64,000 nt of DNA, taken from an uncultured Alphaproteobacteria bacterium (GTDB lineage: Bacteria > Pseudomonadota > Alphaproteobacteria > Rhizobiales > Methyloligellaceae). The stretch spans positions 148,374-212,373 of the forward strand of contig CAVVXP010000003.1 in assembly GCA_963752315.1 (NCBI GenBank), written 5' to 3'. Positions 51,599 to 61,952 of this stretch are shown piece after piece (within the stretch, counting starts at the first letter, position 1; every line of letters starts with the position of its first letter). Made by a program: the position numbers and the translations under genes. The notes under the pieces were generated by a model that worked only from the letters and a program-made list of their open reading frames with translations, was not told the DNA's origin and searched no databases.

Positions 51599-52514
51599 CG
51601 GCGCCGCCCGCCTCGGTCTTGAGCCACGCCGCGCAGCAGGCCTTGGCGAGATCGCGCACCCGCAAGATGTAAGCCTGCCGCTCCGTCACCGAGATCACGC
51701 CGCGCGCGTCGAGCAGATTGAAGATGTGCGAGGCCTTGATCGCCTGATCGTAAGCGGGCAGCGCCATCAAATGATGTTCGCGGCCATCGCCCTTGGTTAG
51801 CAGCGCCTTGCATTCGGCCTCGGCGTCGCGGAAATGCTCGAGCAGCTTCGCGGTGTCGGCATGCTCGAAATTGTAGCGGGAATATTCCCGCTCGGCCTGG
51901 AGGAAGACATCGCCATAGGTGACCTTGTCCTTGCCTTTGCCGCCGTTGAAATCGAGATCGAACACGCGGTCGACGCCCTGCACATACATGGCGAGGCGCT
52001 CCAGGCCGTAGGTCAGCTCGCCCGAGACGGGATCGCAATCGAAGCCGCCGACCTGCTGGAAATAGGTGAATTGCGTCACTTCCATGCCGTCGAGCCACAC
52101 CTCCCAGCCCAGCCCCCAGGCGCCGAGCGTCGGGCTTTCCCAATCGTCCTCGACGAAGCGGATGTCGTGCTTCAGAGGGTCGATGCCGATGGCGAAGAGG
52201 CTCTCGAGATAGAGGTCCTGAAGATCGGGCGGCGACGGCTTCAGGATCACCTGGAACTGGTAATAGTGCTGGAGCCGGTTCGGATTCTCGCCGTAGCGGC
52301 CGTCCTTTGGGCGGCGGCATGGCTGAACGTAAGCTGCGCGCCAGGGCTTGGGACCCAGCGAGCGCAGCGCGGTGGCCGGGTGGAAGGTCGCGGCCCCCAT
52401 CTCCATGTCGTAGGGCTGGAGGATGACGCAGCCTTGATCGGCCCAGAAGCGCTCGAGCCTCAAGATCAGATCCTGGAAGCACGGTGCGTTGTCGGATTTG
52501 TGCGACTTGGCCAT
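51591..52514 (-). CDS. glyQ: Glycyl-tRNA synthetase alpha subunit
   Basis: [42 protein letters not shown]. Confidence 0.97.
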   Translation of the reverse strand: MAKSHKSDNAPCFQDLILRLERFWADQGCVILQPYDMEMGAATFHPATALRSLGPKPWRAAYVQPCRRPKDGRYGENPNRLQHYYQFQVILKPSPPDLQDLYLESLFAIGIDPLKHDIRFVEDDWESPTLGAWGLGWEVWLDGMEVTQFTYFQQVGGFDCDPVSGELTYGLERLAMYVQGVDRVFDLDFNGGKGKDKVTYGDVFLQAEREYSRYNFEHADTAKLLEHFRDAEAECKALLTKGDGREHHLMALPAYDQAIKASHIFNLLDARGVISVTERQAYILRVRDLAKACCAAWLKTEAGGADA

Positions 52515-52588
52515 CTTTATCAGTCGTAGCGGCAATGAAGGCTGGAAGGGTTGCGGGACGCTAATGCAATTTCTCGTCAAATTGAACT

Positions 52589-52671
52589 GTCATGCCCGGC
52601 CCTGAGCCGGGCATCCACGGATTTCAGACTATGATCAAGACGTGGATGGTCGGGACGAGCCCGGCCATGAC
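52589..52671. repeat. REP-doublet (REPIN/MITE-like) palindromic element
   Basis: GTCATGCCCGGCCCTGAGCCGGGCATCCACG-N21-CGTGGATGGTCGGGACGAGCCCGGCCATGAC: two inverted units, each with an internal hairpin. Confidence 0.75.
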
Positions 52672-52708
52672 CATCCCATACATGCTGAAACGGCGCCCTG
52701 CGTTGGGG

Positions 52709-52930
52709 TTAATGCCGCGTGCCTTGAGCGCCTTGCGAGACCCGCTTAGGCCGGTAAACGCCGGTCGCGGGATCCTGCTCCAACGGCACCACGCTGTCCC
52801 GCTCGCGCCGCTCGAGCGCCTCCTCGGCGGCGCGCAGCTCAGAGGCGATGCGCCGCTGCACGTCGCGATACCAGCGCCCGGCGAGGAACAGTCCCGCACC
52901 GGCCGCGACGAAGATGAGGAGTGGCGGCAT
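52709..52930 (-). CDS. Small membrane protein
   Basis: N-terminal hydrophobic helix, LEQDPATGVYRP motif, 3 nt after the S49 gene. Confidence 0.7.
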   Translation of the reverse strand: MPPLLIFVAAGAGLFLAGRWYRDVQRRIASELRAAEEALERRERDSVVPLEQDPATGVYRPKRVSQGAQGTRH

Positions 52931-52933
52931 CGC

Positions 52934-53812
52934 CTAGAACCCGAAACGCGACCAGAGCGCGCGCGCTTCGATCGCCGAGATGAGATCGGCGGCAAGACCG
53001 CCGGGAGACAAGCCTAGCTCGAAACCGCCGCTCTCGGCAAACACGCTTCGCCTGCGGCGGAACCAGGAGGTCGACGGCATCACCAGCTTGAGGCGCACGT
53101 CGTCGCCATAGACCTCGCGCATCTTGCTGCGGAGGTCCGAGAGGCCATCGATCAGGCCATACTCGAGCGCCTTCTTGCCGGACCAGAACTCGCCGGTGAA
53201 CAGATTGACGGGCGCCTTTTCGATCTTGGCGCCGCGCCGCGATTTGACGAGATCGATGAAGGCCTCATGCACGTCGCCCTGCAGCGCCTTGATGCGCTCG
53301 ACGTCGGCCGGCTTCTCGGGAAGAAACGGATCGAGCGTGTCCTTACTCTCGCCCGCGGTGTAGACGCGGCGCTGCACACCGATGCGATTGATCAGCTCGT
53401 TCACGCCGAAGGTCGCGGTGATGACGCCAATCGAGCCGACGATGGAGCTTGGGTCGGCGTAGATCTCATCGCCCGCGCATGCCAGCAGATAGCCGCCAGA
53501 CGCCGCGACATCCTCGGCGAACACATAGACCTTGAGATCCTTCTCGGCGGCGAGCGCGCGGATGCGCTTATAGATCAGCATCGACTGCACGGCCGCGCCG
53601 CCCGGCGAGTTGATCTGGATGGCAACGGCCTTGGCGCCGCTCATGGCGAAGGCCTTCTCGATCGCCGCGGCGCTGGTCGAGAGCGATAGCCCAGGCCGGA
53701 GCGGCGTGACCACGCCGATCGCTCCGGTGAACCTGAGCACGGGCACGATCGGCCCGGACGCCGTCCAGGCGGCGGGGAGATAGCTCTTCAAGCTTTCGAC
53801 AAAATTGCTCAT
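52934..53812 (-). CDS. S49 family peptidase (SppA/SohB-like)
   Basis: INSPGG, DVAASGGY, SIVGSIGV, TAGESK, FTGEFW. Confidence 0.92.
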   Translation of the reverse strand: MSNFVESLKSYLPAAWTASGPIVPVLRFTGAIGVVTPLRPGLSLSTSAAAIEKAFAMSGAKAVAIQINSPGGAAVQSMLIYKRIRALAAEKDLKVYVFAEDVAASGGYLLACAGDEIYADPSSIVGSIGVITATFGVNELINRIGVQRRVYTAGESKDTLDPFLPEKPADVERIKALQGDVHEAFIDLVKSRRGAKIEKAPVNLFTGEFWSGKKALEYGLIDGLSDLRSKMREVYGDDVRLKLVMPSTSWFRRRRSVFAESGGFELGLSPGGLAADLISAIEARALWSRFGF

Positions 53813-54042
53813 GGGAACTTAAGGTACAGCGGCATTGCGCCAAATCAAGGCGCGCCCGCCGAATTCTGTGCCAATACGAATCATAATTGCTGCGGCCTTT
53901 AAGCGTTTGGTTAGCGCAAGTGCCGGAGCGCCATCGGCCTGTCCGAATTCGCTGTTATATTGCGCATCAACGGCGGGGCGTCCCGCCCGGGCGACGCGGT
54001 TCGGCGGAACGGCGTCGTAATCGATTTTTCGAGGAGGAATGA

Positions 54043-54297
54043 ATGAGCAAGCTTGCAACCTTTGCGTTGGCGCTGGGGGCCCTGGTGCTCGCCTTCGTCA
54101 CGCTATCCCCGAGCTCCGCGGAAGCCGGTTGGCGCGGCCGCGGATGGTATGGCGGACCCGGCGTCAACGTCTATGTCGGACCGCGCTATGGCTGGGGCGG
54201 GCCGCGCCGTTATTACGGCGGCTATGCCTACGGCTATCCGTACGCCTATTACCCCTATTGGCGCAGCGGCCGCTATTGGCGCCGCGGCTGGTATTAG
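54043..54297 (+). CDS. Small secreted Gly/Tyr/Trp/Arg-rich protein
   Basis: GAGGAGG RBS, signal peptide ending AEA, own terminator. Confidence 0.75.
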   Translation: MSKLATFALALGALVLAFVTLSPSSAEAGWRGRGWYGGPGVNVYVGPRYGWGGPRRYYGGYAYGYPYAYYPYWRSGRYWRRGWY

Positions 54298-54330
54298 GCA
54301 CGCGCGCCTCCTAGGGCGTAGCGAGTTTGG

Positions 54331-54364
54331 CAAAGGGCCATTCCCGAAAGGGAGTGGCCCTTTG
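54331..54364 (+). terminator. Intrinsic terminator-like hairpin
   Basis: CAAAGGGCCATTCCC-GAAA-GGGAGTGGCCCTTTG. Confidence 0.7.
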
Positions 54365-54422
54365 GCTTTGTTGCAGGGTTGTTGCGCTGAACGCCAGGCG
54401 AATGGCGGTGTCGAGGCGGCTA

Positions 54423-55232
54423 CTACTTCGATCCGCCGAGATCGAGAGCCTGCCCACCCCGCAGCACGGCTTCAGCCGCATCCGTGTAGCTTCCATTTCC
54501 CTGATGCAAGACCAGGCCCGGCAACAGGCTGAGTCCTGCCCGGCTCCCCTTCTCGGCCTGCACGATGATGCGTACCGCAGGCTCGCCCTGCTTGGGGAAG
54601 AGTGGAAAGACGGCAACGTCGCCGAAGCGCCCTTCGAGCAGACGCAACAGCTCGCCGAGGCAATCCGGGCGGTGGATGAGAGTGAGAAGGGCTTTCGGCG
54701 CGGCCATGGCGGCAAAGAAGCGGACCCAGGCGGCGAGACCGCCTTCGCGCATGACATGCGCCGTCGCCCGCCCGCGATCTGGCGCCGCTCGTACCCTTCC
54801 CGCAGAGAGGAAGGGCGGGTTAGCGAACACTTGGTCATAGGTCTCGCTCAGGAGGCCGGCGGCGCGGAGCAACTTCCCGGGCGCGGTCAGGTCGGCGTTG
54901 ACGACGCTGACCTTGTCGCCAAAGCCGTTGCGCGTGGCGTTCTCGGCGGCGAGCGCGCAAAGCTTGGCGTCGATCTCGACCGCGGTCAACTCGACGCCCG
55001 GCACGCGGGCGAGGACGCAGAGTCCCGCGACGCCCACCCCGGCCCCGACATCGAGCACGCGCATCCCGGCGCGCGCCGGCACGGCGGCGGCAAGAAACAC
55101 CGCGTCGCTTCCGGCCCGGTGGCCGCTTCTCGGCTGCCGCACGCCGATGCGTCCGCCGAGAAAATCGTCGGTGGTGGTGGCGCCCGCCTGCGCGGGCCGC
55201 AGGTTAAGCTTTTTGCTCGTCGGAGAGGGCAT
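54423..55232 (-). CDS. tRNA1(Val) m6A37 methyltransferase (TrmN6/YfiC-like)
   Basis: FLGGRI..RQP..GHRAGSDAV, VLDVGAGVG, NPPF; start uncertain. Confidence 0.85.
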   Translation of the reverse strand: MPSPTSKKLNLRPAQAGATTTDDFLGGRIGVRQPRSGHRAGSDAVFLAAAVPARAGMRVLDVGAGVGVAGLCVLARVPGVELTAVEIDAKLCALAAENATRNGFGDKVSVVNADLTAPGKLLRAAGLLSETYDQVFANPPFLSAGRVRAAPDRGRATAHVMREGGLAAWVRFFAAMAAPKALLTLIHRPDCLGELLRLLEGRFGDVAVFPLFPKQGEPAVRIIVQAEKGSRAGLSLLPGLVLHQGNGSYTDAAEAVLRGGQALDLGGSK

Positions 55233-55437
55233 GGCCGAGATCGGCCTCGGTAAGCAGATGGCGCGCCTGTGCAAGCCGTTCGTTCTCGACCAGGACCCGC
55301 CTCGGCAAAATGCCGATCGAGCCTTCGAGCACGCTCATATTGGTATCGGCGACGATAAACCCGATATCCCCCTCCTCCAGCAACGCGCTGACATAGGACA
55401 GAAGCACCGGGTCGTTCGTGCGCAACAGTTCTTTCAT
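55204..55437 (-). CDS. DUF2007-domain protein
   Basis: MKELLRTNDPV...DTNMSVLEGSIGILPRRVLV. Confidence 0.85.
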   Translation of the reverse strand: MKELLRTNDPVLLSYVSALLEEGDIGFIVADTNMSVLEGSIGILPRRVLVENERLAQARHLLTEADLGHALSDEQKA

Positions 55438-55552
55438 GGTCTCGTAAGCCCTGTGTCCCTTGGCCTCGGCCGAACGCCTTGACCTCGATAGGCGACCGCC
55501 GACAATATCCGAGAAACGACGCCCGTCTCGACCGGATTCAGGAGTAAGTCCC

Positions 55553-56569
55553 TTGGGAGTTGTGGTTAAGCTTGCCGGCGCCGGCGATCCCACCGCGAGT
55601 CTCGCGCCGCTGGTCGCGCTTGTCGAGGAGGACATGACCCATGTCAACCGCATCATCCTCGATCAGGCGCGGTCCAACGTCGAGCTAATCCCAGAGCTTG
55701 CCCGGCATTTAATCGATTCAGGCGGCAAGCGCCTGCGGCCGATGCTCACGCTGGCGGCGGCGAAGCTGTGCAACTATGCCGGCGACGGTCATGTACGGCT
55801 CGCGGCCAGCGTCGAGTTCATGCATACCGCCACGCTGTTGCATGACGACGTGGTTGACGAGAGCAATCTGCGCCGGGGCAAGACCGCCGCGCGGCTGTTA
55901 TGGGGCAACGAGGCCAGCGTGCTGGTCGGCGATTTCCTGCTCGGCCAGGCCTTCAAGATGATGGTCGATGTCGGCTCGCTCGGGTGCTTGCGCATTCTGT
56001 CGGACGCGGCGGCGATCATCGCCGAGGGCGAAGTGATGCAGCTGATCACCGCCAAGAACACCGAGACCACAGAGGACGATTATCTGGCGGTGATCGACGC
56101 CAAGACCGCGGCGTTGTTTGCGGCCGCGGCGGAGGTCGGTGCGGTGATCGCGGCACGGCCGAAGTCGGAGGCCGCCGCATTGCGCTCCTATGGCCGTAAT
56201 CTCGGACTGGCGTTTCAACTGGTCGACGACGCGCTCGATTATTCGGGCGAGCCGTCGACGCTCGGCAAGAGCGTCGGCGACGATTTCCGTGAGGGCAAGA
56301 TCACCCTCCCCGTGGTGCTGTGCTATCGCCGCGGCAATGCGGCTGAGCGTGCGTTCTGGCAGCGCACCTTGCAGGAAGGCGATATCGGCGAGGACGATCT
56401 CGCCGAGGCGTTTCAACTGATGAAGCGGCACAAGGCCCTGAACGACACGCTGGAGCGGGCGCGGCATTACGGCGCGATCGCCCGCGACGCGCTCGCCATA
56501 TTTCCCGATGGGGACGTGAAGGCTGCCCTGCGCGAGGCGATCGAGTTCTGCATCGAGCGGCCGTTCTAG
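55553..56569 (+). CDS. ispB: Long-chain polyprenyl diphosphate synthase
   Basis: GGKRLRP, LHDDVVD, KTAALF, FQLVDD, GDDFREGK; AGGAG RBS before TTG. Confidence 0.93.
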   Translation: MGVVVKLAGAGDPTASLAPLVALVEEDMTHVNRIILDQARSNVELIPELARHLIDSGGKRLRPMLTLAAAKLCNYAGDGHVRLAASVEFMHTATLLHDDVVDESNLRRGKTAARLLWGNEASVLVGDFLLGQAFKMMVDVGSLGCLRILSDAAAIIAEGEVMQLITAKNTETTEDDYLAVIDAKTAALFAAAAEVGAVIAARPKSEAAALRSYGRNLGLAFQLVDDALDYSGEPSTLGKSVGDDFREGKITLPVVLCYRRGNAAERAFWQRTLQEGDIGEDDLAEAFQLMKRHKALNDTLERARHYGAIARDALAIFPDGDVKAALREAIEFCIERPF

Positions 56570-57432
56570 CTTTCGAGCGAACTCGCGGCGATCCACCAAT
56601 GGGGAAACTCGGCGGCCAGCCTCTCGCCCGCGCGGGCAGCATCGGTCTCAGTGGCGAACAGCGCAAAGCAGGTCGGACCGCTGCCCGATAGTCGCGCCAG
56701 CCGGGGCCCATCAAGCGCCAGGAGCGCGGCGAGCACCTCTCTGATCTCAGGCACAAGCCGCGCGGCGGGCGCTTCCAGACCGTTTAGGCGCGGCAGCGCA
56801 TAGGCGAGGAGCTGCTCGAAATCGCCGTGGAAGTCCGGCACTCCAGTTCCGAGCGGCAGCGGCGCGCGCAGATCGTCAGCGCGAAGCTCGGCATAGACCG
56901 CGGCGGCCGAGAGGGGAAGGCCCGGGTTGGCGAGCAGGACGCCACAAGCCGGAAAACCCCGCACGGGCTCGACTGTCTCGCCGCGCCCGGTCATCAGCGC
57001 GGGCCGGCTGGCAAGACAGACCGTGACATCGGAACCGAGCCGGGCGGCAAGCGCTGCAAGCGCCGCTTCGTTCAGCGCCGTCCGATTGGCGCTCGCGATC
57101 AGGCGCAAGGCGGCCGCGGCGTCGGCTGAGCCGCCGCCCAGCCCGGAGGCAACGGGCAGCTGTTTCAAGAGGTGAAAGCGTCCGAGCTTGATGCCCGGCG
57201 CGCTAACCGATGCCGCTTCGGCCGCCCGGATGACCAAATTGTCGCCGCTCAGCGTTGCAGCGAACGGCCCCTGCGTCTCGAGCTCCAGCGCGGAGCCAGG
57301 CTCAAGCGTGAGCTCGTCACCGAGGGCCGCGAAAGCGACCAGGCTGCGCAATTCATGATAGCCGTCGGCGCGGCGCCCCAGGACTTCCAGCGTCAGATTG
57401 AGCTTGGCCCGGCCAATATCGCGGAGCGCCAT
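56566..57432 (-). CDS. ispE: CDP-ME kinase
   Basis: AKLNLTL, RADGYHEL, PVASGLGGGSADA, LSGSGPTCF. Confidence 0.95.
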   Translation of the reverse strand: MALRDIGRAKLNLTLEVLGRRADGYHELRSLVAFAALGDELTLEPGSALELETQGPFAATLSGDNLVIRAAEAASVSAPGIKLGRFHLLKQLPVASGLGGGSADAAAALRLIASANRTALNEAALAALAARLGSDVTVCLASRPALMTGRGETVEPVRGFPACGVLLANPGLPLSAAAVYAELRADDLRAPLPLGTGVPDFHGDFEQLLAYALPRLNGLEAPAARLVPEIREVLAALLALDGPRLARLSGSGPTCFALFATETDAARAGERLAAEFPHWWIAASSLES

Positions 57433-57466
57433 CCGCCCGCTCCCTAAGCCTCGCAACCAAGCCGGG

Positions 57467-59230
57467 CTATTGCGGCGTCTTCTGGCCGCCCACCTGCGTG
57501 GTCCGGTCTTGCGCCGATTTGGTGCCGGCACTGTCGGGCAGCCCGTCGGCGATCTTCGCCTTGAGCGTGATCACCTGGTCGTCTTCCGGCTTCAGCGTCA
57601 GCGCCTGCGCCCACTGATATTTCGCTTCGAGCGTGCGGCCGACCTTCCAATAGGCGTCGCCGAGATGATCGTTGATAATCGGATCGTCGGGCTTCAGCTC
57701 GACGGCGCGCTCGAGATTCTCGACCGCCGCCGGCAGATTGCCGAGCCGGAAATAGGCCCAGCCCAGGCTGTCGACATAGTAGCCGTCGTCCGGCTTGAGC
57801 TTCACCGCCTTGCGAATGTAGTCCATCGCCTGCTTCAGATTCTGGCCCTGATCGACCCAGGAATAGCCGAGATAGTTCAGCACCAGCAATTCCTCCGGAG
57901 ATAGCGCGAGCGCCTCCTTGAAATCGGCCTCGGCCGCAGGCCAGTCCTTGAGCCGCTCGTTACAGACGCCGCGCGAATAGAACAGCGTCCAATTGTCCTT
58001 GGTGGGCTTGGGGATCAGCTTGAGCGCGCGCGTGTAATAGTCGCGCGCCTCGCCGTAGCGTTCATGCGCGCGCAGGATATTGCCGAGCGCGTCGAGCGGA
58101 AGCACATCCTTCGGGTCTTTGGTGGCCAAATCTTCGAGCAACGCCTTGGCGTCGTCGACGCGCTCCATCGAGTTCAGCGCGAAGGCTTGCTGGATCTGCG
58201 CATTCGCCCAGAGCGGCGAGTCGGGCTTGATCTGATCGAGCGCCTGCATCTCCAAGTCGTATTTCTTCGCGCTCTCGTAAGCCTCGGCGAGCGCCGCATA
58301 AGCGAGCGGCGCGTCGGGCTTAAGGTAGAGCGAGAACTGTAGGAAGATGATGCCCATATCGAGCCCACCTTCGCCGGCCAGCGCATCGCCAATGCCGTAG
58401 AACACTTCGGCGAGGCCGTCATTCGGCGTGGCGACGAGCAGCGGCGGGGTCTTGCCCTGTTCGATCTCGGCGAGCAGCGCCTCGGACAGCGGATGGCCTG
58501 ACGATTTGGCGATGTGGGTCTTCAAGGTCTGCTTGGCCAGTTTGCGGTTATTGTTGTTCACCGCATGGCGCGCGTAAGCGTCGGCAACCCGCAACGTCGA
58601 TGGATTCTTCTTGAAGGCCTGCGCGTAAGCCAGCCGCGCCACGTCCGGCTTGCCGGCAATGTCGGCGATGAGCGCGCGGTGGTAGCGCTGATAGAACTGG
58701 GCCCAGTCGGCATCGCTCAGACTGTCGAGCGTGGCGAAGGCCTCGTCGGGCTTGCCGTCGGCTTCCTGCACCCAGGCGCGGGCGAGCGTGGAGGTGAGGT
58801 CTGCGATCGGCCCCTGGCGCGCCGCAGCGAAATGCTCGTCGGCGTCCTTGAAGTTCCCCTTCTTGAACGCGTCGATGCCGAGCAGGAAGCGGGCAATCCG
58901 GTGGGCAGGCTCGACCTTGACTAGCTCCTTGGCGAGCTCGACGGAGCGATCCCAATGCGCCGACGCCGCCTCGAGCAGGAAGGTCTGCTCGAGAATGATC
59001 TCGTTGGCCGGATCCTCCGCAAGCGCTTTGGAATAGAAATCGGCGGCGGCGATGGTGTCATGGTCGCCGCGCGCGAGACGGCCGGAAAGATAATTGCCGA
59101 GCAGCGTGCCGGAGTCCTCGGGGGTCTCGGAGGCGACTTCGGAATAAGCAGCGGGCGCCGCGACGAGTCCGGCAATAAGCAGAGAGCCCCACGCCAATTT
59201 GCGCAGAGCCGCACGATGCACAATTTTCAT
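57467..59230 (-). CDS. Exported tetratricopeptide repeat protein
   Basis: Signal peptide, repeated TPR helices, LNYLGYSW, VDSLGW, DHLGDAYW. Confidence 0.9.
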   Translation of the reverse strand: MKIVHRAALRKLAWGSLLIAGLVAAPAAYSEVASETPEDSGTLLGNYLSGRLARGDHDTIAAADFYSKALAEDPANEIILEQTFLLEAASAHWDRSVELAKELVKVEPAHRIARFLLGIDAFKKGNFKDADEHFAAARQGPIADLTSTLARAWVQEADGKPDEAFATLDSLSDADWAQFYQRYHRALIADIAGKPDVARLAYAQAFKKNPSTLRVADAYARHAVNNNNRKLAKQTLKTHIAKSSGHPLSEALLAEIEQGKTPPLLVATPNDGLAEVFYGIGDALAGEGGLDMGIIFLQFSLYLKPDAPLAYAALAEAYESAKKYDLEMQALDQIKPDSPLWANAQIQQAFALNSMERVDDAKALLEDLATKDPKDVLPLDALGNILRAHERYGEARDYYTRALKLIPKPTKDNWTLFYSRGVCNERLKDWPAAEADFKEALALSPEELLVLNYLGYSWVDQGQNLKQAMDYIRKAVKLKPDDGYYVDSLGWAYFRLGNLPAAVENLERAVELKPDDPIINDHLGDAYWKVGRTLEAKYQWAQALTLKPEDDQVITLKAKIADGLPDSAGTKSAQDRTTQVGGQKTPQ

Positions 59231-59382
59231 ATGGCTTCGGCTATCACGCCGCCCCAAGAAACGCGGTTCGTATGACCCCAAACCAAGGTTAGGGGTTTTT
59301 CGCCTTGGTAACAAACCAAAAGCTTGCTTGCAGCCTAATCGCGGCTGGTTTGTGGCCTATTGGCGCGACATTGCCGCCCGTC

Positions 59383-61059
59383 TCACATATTGGCGTAATT
59401 CGGTCCCTCGCCGCCCTCGGGTGGCACCCAGGTAATGTTCTGGGCCGGGTCTTTGATGTCGCAGGTTTTGCAATGAACGCAATTCTGCGCGTTGATCTGG
59501 AACCGCTGGCGGTCGCCTTCCGTCACCACCTCATAGACCTGCGCCGGGCAATAGCGCTGCGCCGGCTCGGCATACTCGGGAAGATTCTGCTCGATCGGGA
59601 TCGAGGGGTCGGCGAGCACGAGATGCACCGGCTCGTTCTCGTCGTGATTAGTGCCAGACAAAAACACCGATGAGAGAATGTCGAAACTGAGCTTGCCGTC
59701 GGGCTTTGGATAATCGATCGGCGTCGACTGCGCCGCCTTGGCCAGTGTCGCGTAGTCCGGCTTCTTGTGCTTCAGCGTGTGGCTCAAGAACGGGAAGATG
59801 GTGTTGAGCCACATATCGATGCCGCCCAGCATGACGCCGAGACGCGTGCCAAGCCGCGACCAGAGTGGCTTTACGTTGCGCACCTTCTTCAGTTCTTTCA
59901 CCATCGCGCTCGCCTGCACGCTTTGCGGATAGGCTTCGAGTACGTCGCGCGCGCGCCCCTGTTCGATCGCCGCGAACGCCGCCTCCGCCGCCATCATCCC
60001 CGAGAGCATCGCATTGTGGCTGCCCTTGATGCGCGGCACATTCATGAAGCCGGCCGCACAGCCGATCAGCGCGCCGCCGGGAAAGGCAAGCTGCGGGATC
60101 GCCTGGTAGCCACCCTCGGTCAGGGCGCGCGCGCCATAGGCGATGCGCTTGCCGCCGGTGAGATGCTCCGCGATCAAGGGATGCGTCTTGGCGCGCTGAA
60201 ATTCCTTGAACGGGTTGAGGTACGGGTTTGAGTAATCGAGATGGACGACGAAGCCCACCGACACCAGCCGCTCGCCGAAATGATAGAGGAAGGAGCCGCC
60301 GCCGGTCGCGTCATCGAGCGGCCAGCCCATGGTGTGCTGCACCAGGCCCGGCTTGTGCTTTTCGGCCGTGACCTCCCATAGCTCCTTGAGGCCGATGCCG
60401 AATTTCTGTGGACCCGACTCGGCATCGAGCCCGAGCTTGTTGATAAGCATCTTCGACAGCGAGCCGCGCGCGCCCTCGGCGAACAAGGTGTATTTGCCGA
60501 CGATGGCGATGCCGGGCGTGTAGTTGTCCTTGTGGCTGCCGTCGCGGGCAACGCCCATGTCGCCGGTGATGACGCCTTCGATCTCGCCGTTGGCGCCTGA
60601 GATCACATCGGTGACGGCGAAGCCCGGATAGATTTCGACGCCGAGCGCTTCGGCTTGCTCGCCAAGCCAGCGGGTCAGCGCGCCGAGGCTGCCGGTATAG
60701 CAGCCGTGATTGCTCATCAGCGGCGGCATGAAGAGGTTCGGCACGCGGATGCCGCCGGTCTTCCACAGATAAAAGAACCTGTCCTCGGTAACCTTGGTGG
60801 TGAGCGGGGAGCTCTTGTCGCGCCAGTCGGGGATCAGGGCGTCGAGGCCAACGGGATCGACCACCGCACCGGAGAGGATATGCGCGCCGACCTCGGAGCC
60901 TTTCTCCAGCACGACGACCGAGAGGTCCTTGCCCTTCTCGTCCGCCAGCTGCTTCAGCCTGATCGCTGCCGCGAGCCCGGCAGGTCCGGCGCCGACAATG
61001 ACGACGTCGAACTCCATGGTCTCGCGCTCGACGACTTCGGGCTGGGCGGCTTCGCTCAA
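59383..61059 (-). CDS. Electron transfer flavoprotein-ubiquinone oxidoreductase
   Basis: GAGPAGL, GAHILSG, PRIKGSH, YCPA, NCVHCKTCDIKD. Confidence 0.95.
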   Translation of the reverse strand: MSEAAQPEVVERETMEFDVVIVGAGPAGLAAAIRLKQLADEKGKDLSVVVLEKGSEVGAHILSGAVVDPVGLDALIPDWRDKSSPLTTKVTEDRFFYLWKTGGIRVPNLFMPPLMSNHGCYTGSLGALTRWLGEQAEALGVEIYPGFAVTDVISGANGEIEGVITGDMGVARDGSHKDNYTPGIAIVGKYTLFAEGARGSLSKMLINKLGLDAESGPQKFGIGLKELWEVTAEKHKPGLVQHTMGWPLDDATGGGSFLYHFGERLVSVGFVVHLDYSNPYLNPFKEFQRAKTHPLIAEHLTGGKRIAYGARALTEGGYQAIPQLAFPGGALIGCAAGFMNVPRIKGSHNAMLSGMMAAEAAFAAIEQGRARDVLEAYPQSVQASAMVKELKKVRNVKPLWSRLGTRLGVMLGGIDMWLNTIFPFLSHTLKHKKPDYATLAKAAQSTPIDYPKPDGKLSFDILSSVFLSGTNHDENEPVHLVLADPSIPIEQNLPEYAEPAQRYCPAQVYEVVTEGDRQRFQINAQNCVHCKTCDIKDPAQNITWVPPEGGEGPNYANM

Positions 61060-61172
61060 GGTCTCGCTCCAAATCGGGCAGGCGGCCAAAAAGTAGAGAT
61101 CGTTCCCGGATGCGCGGAAATCCAGTATTCATCCATATGGCGGTGGGCGCGGAAGCCCGAAAGACAGCGGAA

Positions 61173-61952
61173 ATGACTGCAACGGAACGAGACAAGGTTC
61201 AAGCCTTATTGGCCTGGTACGCGGCGATGGGAGCCAACGAAGCGATCGGCGATGAGCCGGTCGACCGCTTTGCTACGCCTGCCGCAGCTCCCTCCGCACC
61301 GCCGCGGGTACAGCCCCGGCCGCGCCCTGCGGCAGCACGGGTTGCTGACGGCGGTGGCGGCGGCTCGTCACGGGTCGATCTCAGCCAGGCCGGCACGCTC
61401 GCCGCGCTCGAAGTCATGGTTGCCGGCTTCGAAGGCTGCGCGCTCAAGCGCACGGCGAAGAGCCTGTGCTTCAAGCGGGGGCACGACGAAGCCCGCATCA
61501 TGCTGATCGGCGAGGCGCCGGGCCGCGACGAAGACTTGCAAGGGAAACCGTTTGTCGGCCGCGCCGGGCAATTGCTCGACCGCATGCTCGAGGCGATCGG
61601 GCTTGCCGAGCAGCATGTCTACATCACCAACACCGTCTATTGGCGCCCGCCCGGCAACCGCACGCCCACGCCCGAGGAGGTCGAAGCTTGCGCGCCCTTC
61701 CTCGCCAGGCAGATCGAGCTCAAGTCGCCGCAGGTGCTGGTGCTGCTCGGCGGCGCCGCGGCCAAGAGCATCCTCGGCGTGGCGGAGGGGATCATGCGGC
61801 TGAGAGGCAAATGGCTGAGCTACAAATGCGGGGACCGCGAGATCGCCACGCTCGCCACGCTGCATCCGGCCTTCCTGCTGCGTAACCCGGAACATAAGCG
61901 CCTGGTCTGGCGCGATCTGCTGTCGGTGAAGGAAAGGCTTGAACGGCAATGA
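61173..61952 (+). CDS. Uracil-DNA glycosylase family 4
   Basis: [32 protein letters not shown]. Confidence 0.92.
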   Translation: MTATERDKVQALLAWYAAMGANEAIGDEPVDRFATPAAAPSAPPRVQPRPRPAAARVADGGGGGSSRVDLSQAGTLAALEVMVAGFEGCALKRTAKSLCFKRGHDEARIMLIGEAPGRDEDLQGKPFVGRAGQLLDRMLEAIGLAEQHVYITNTVYWRPPGNRTPTPEEVEACAPFLARQIELKSPQVLVLLGGAAAKSILGVAEGIMRLRGKWLSYKCGDREIATLATLHPAFLLRNPEHKRLVWRDLLSVKERLERQ

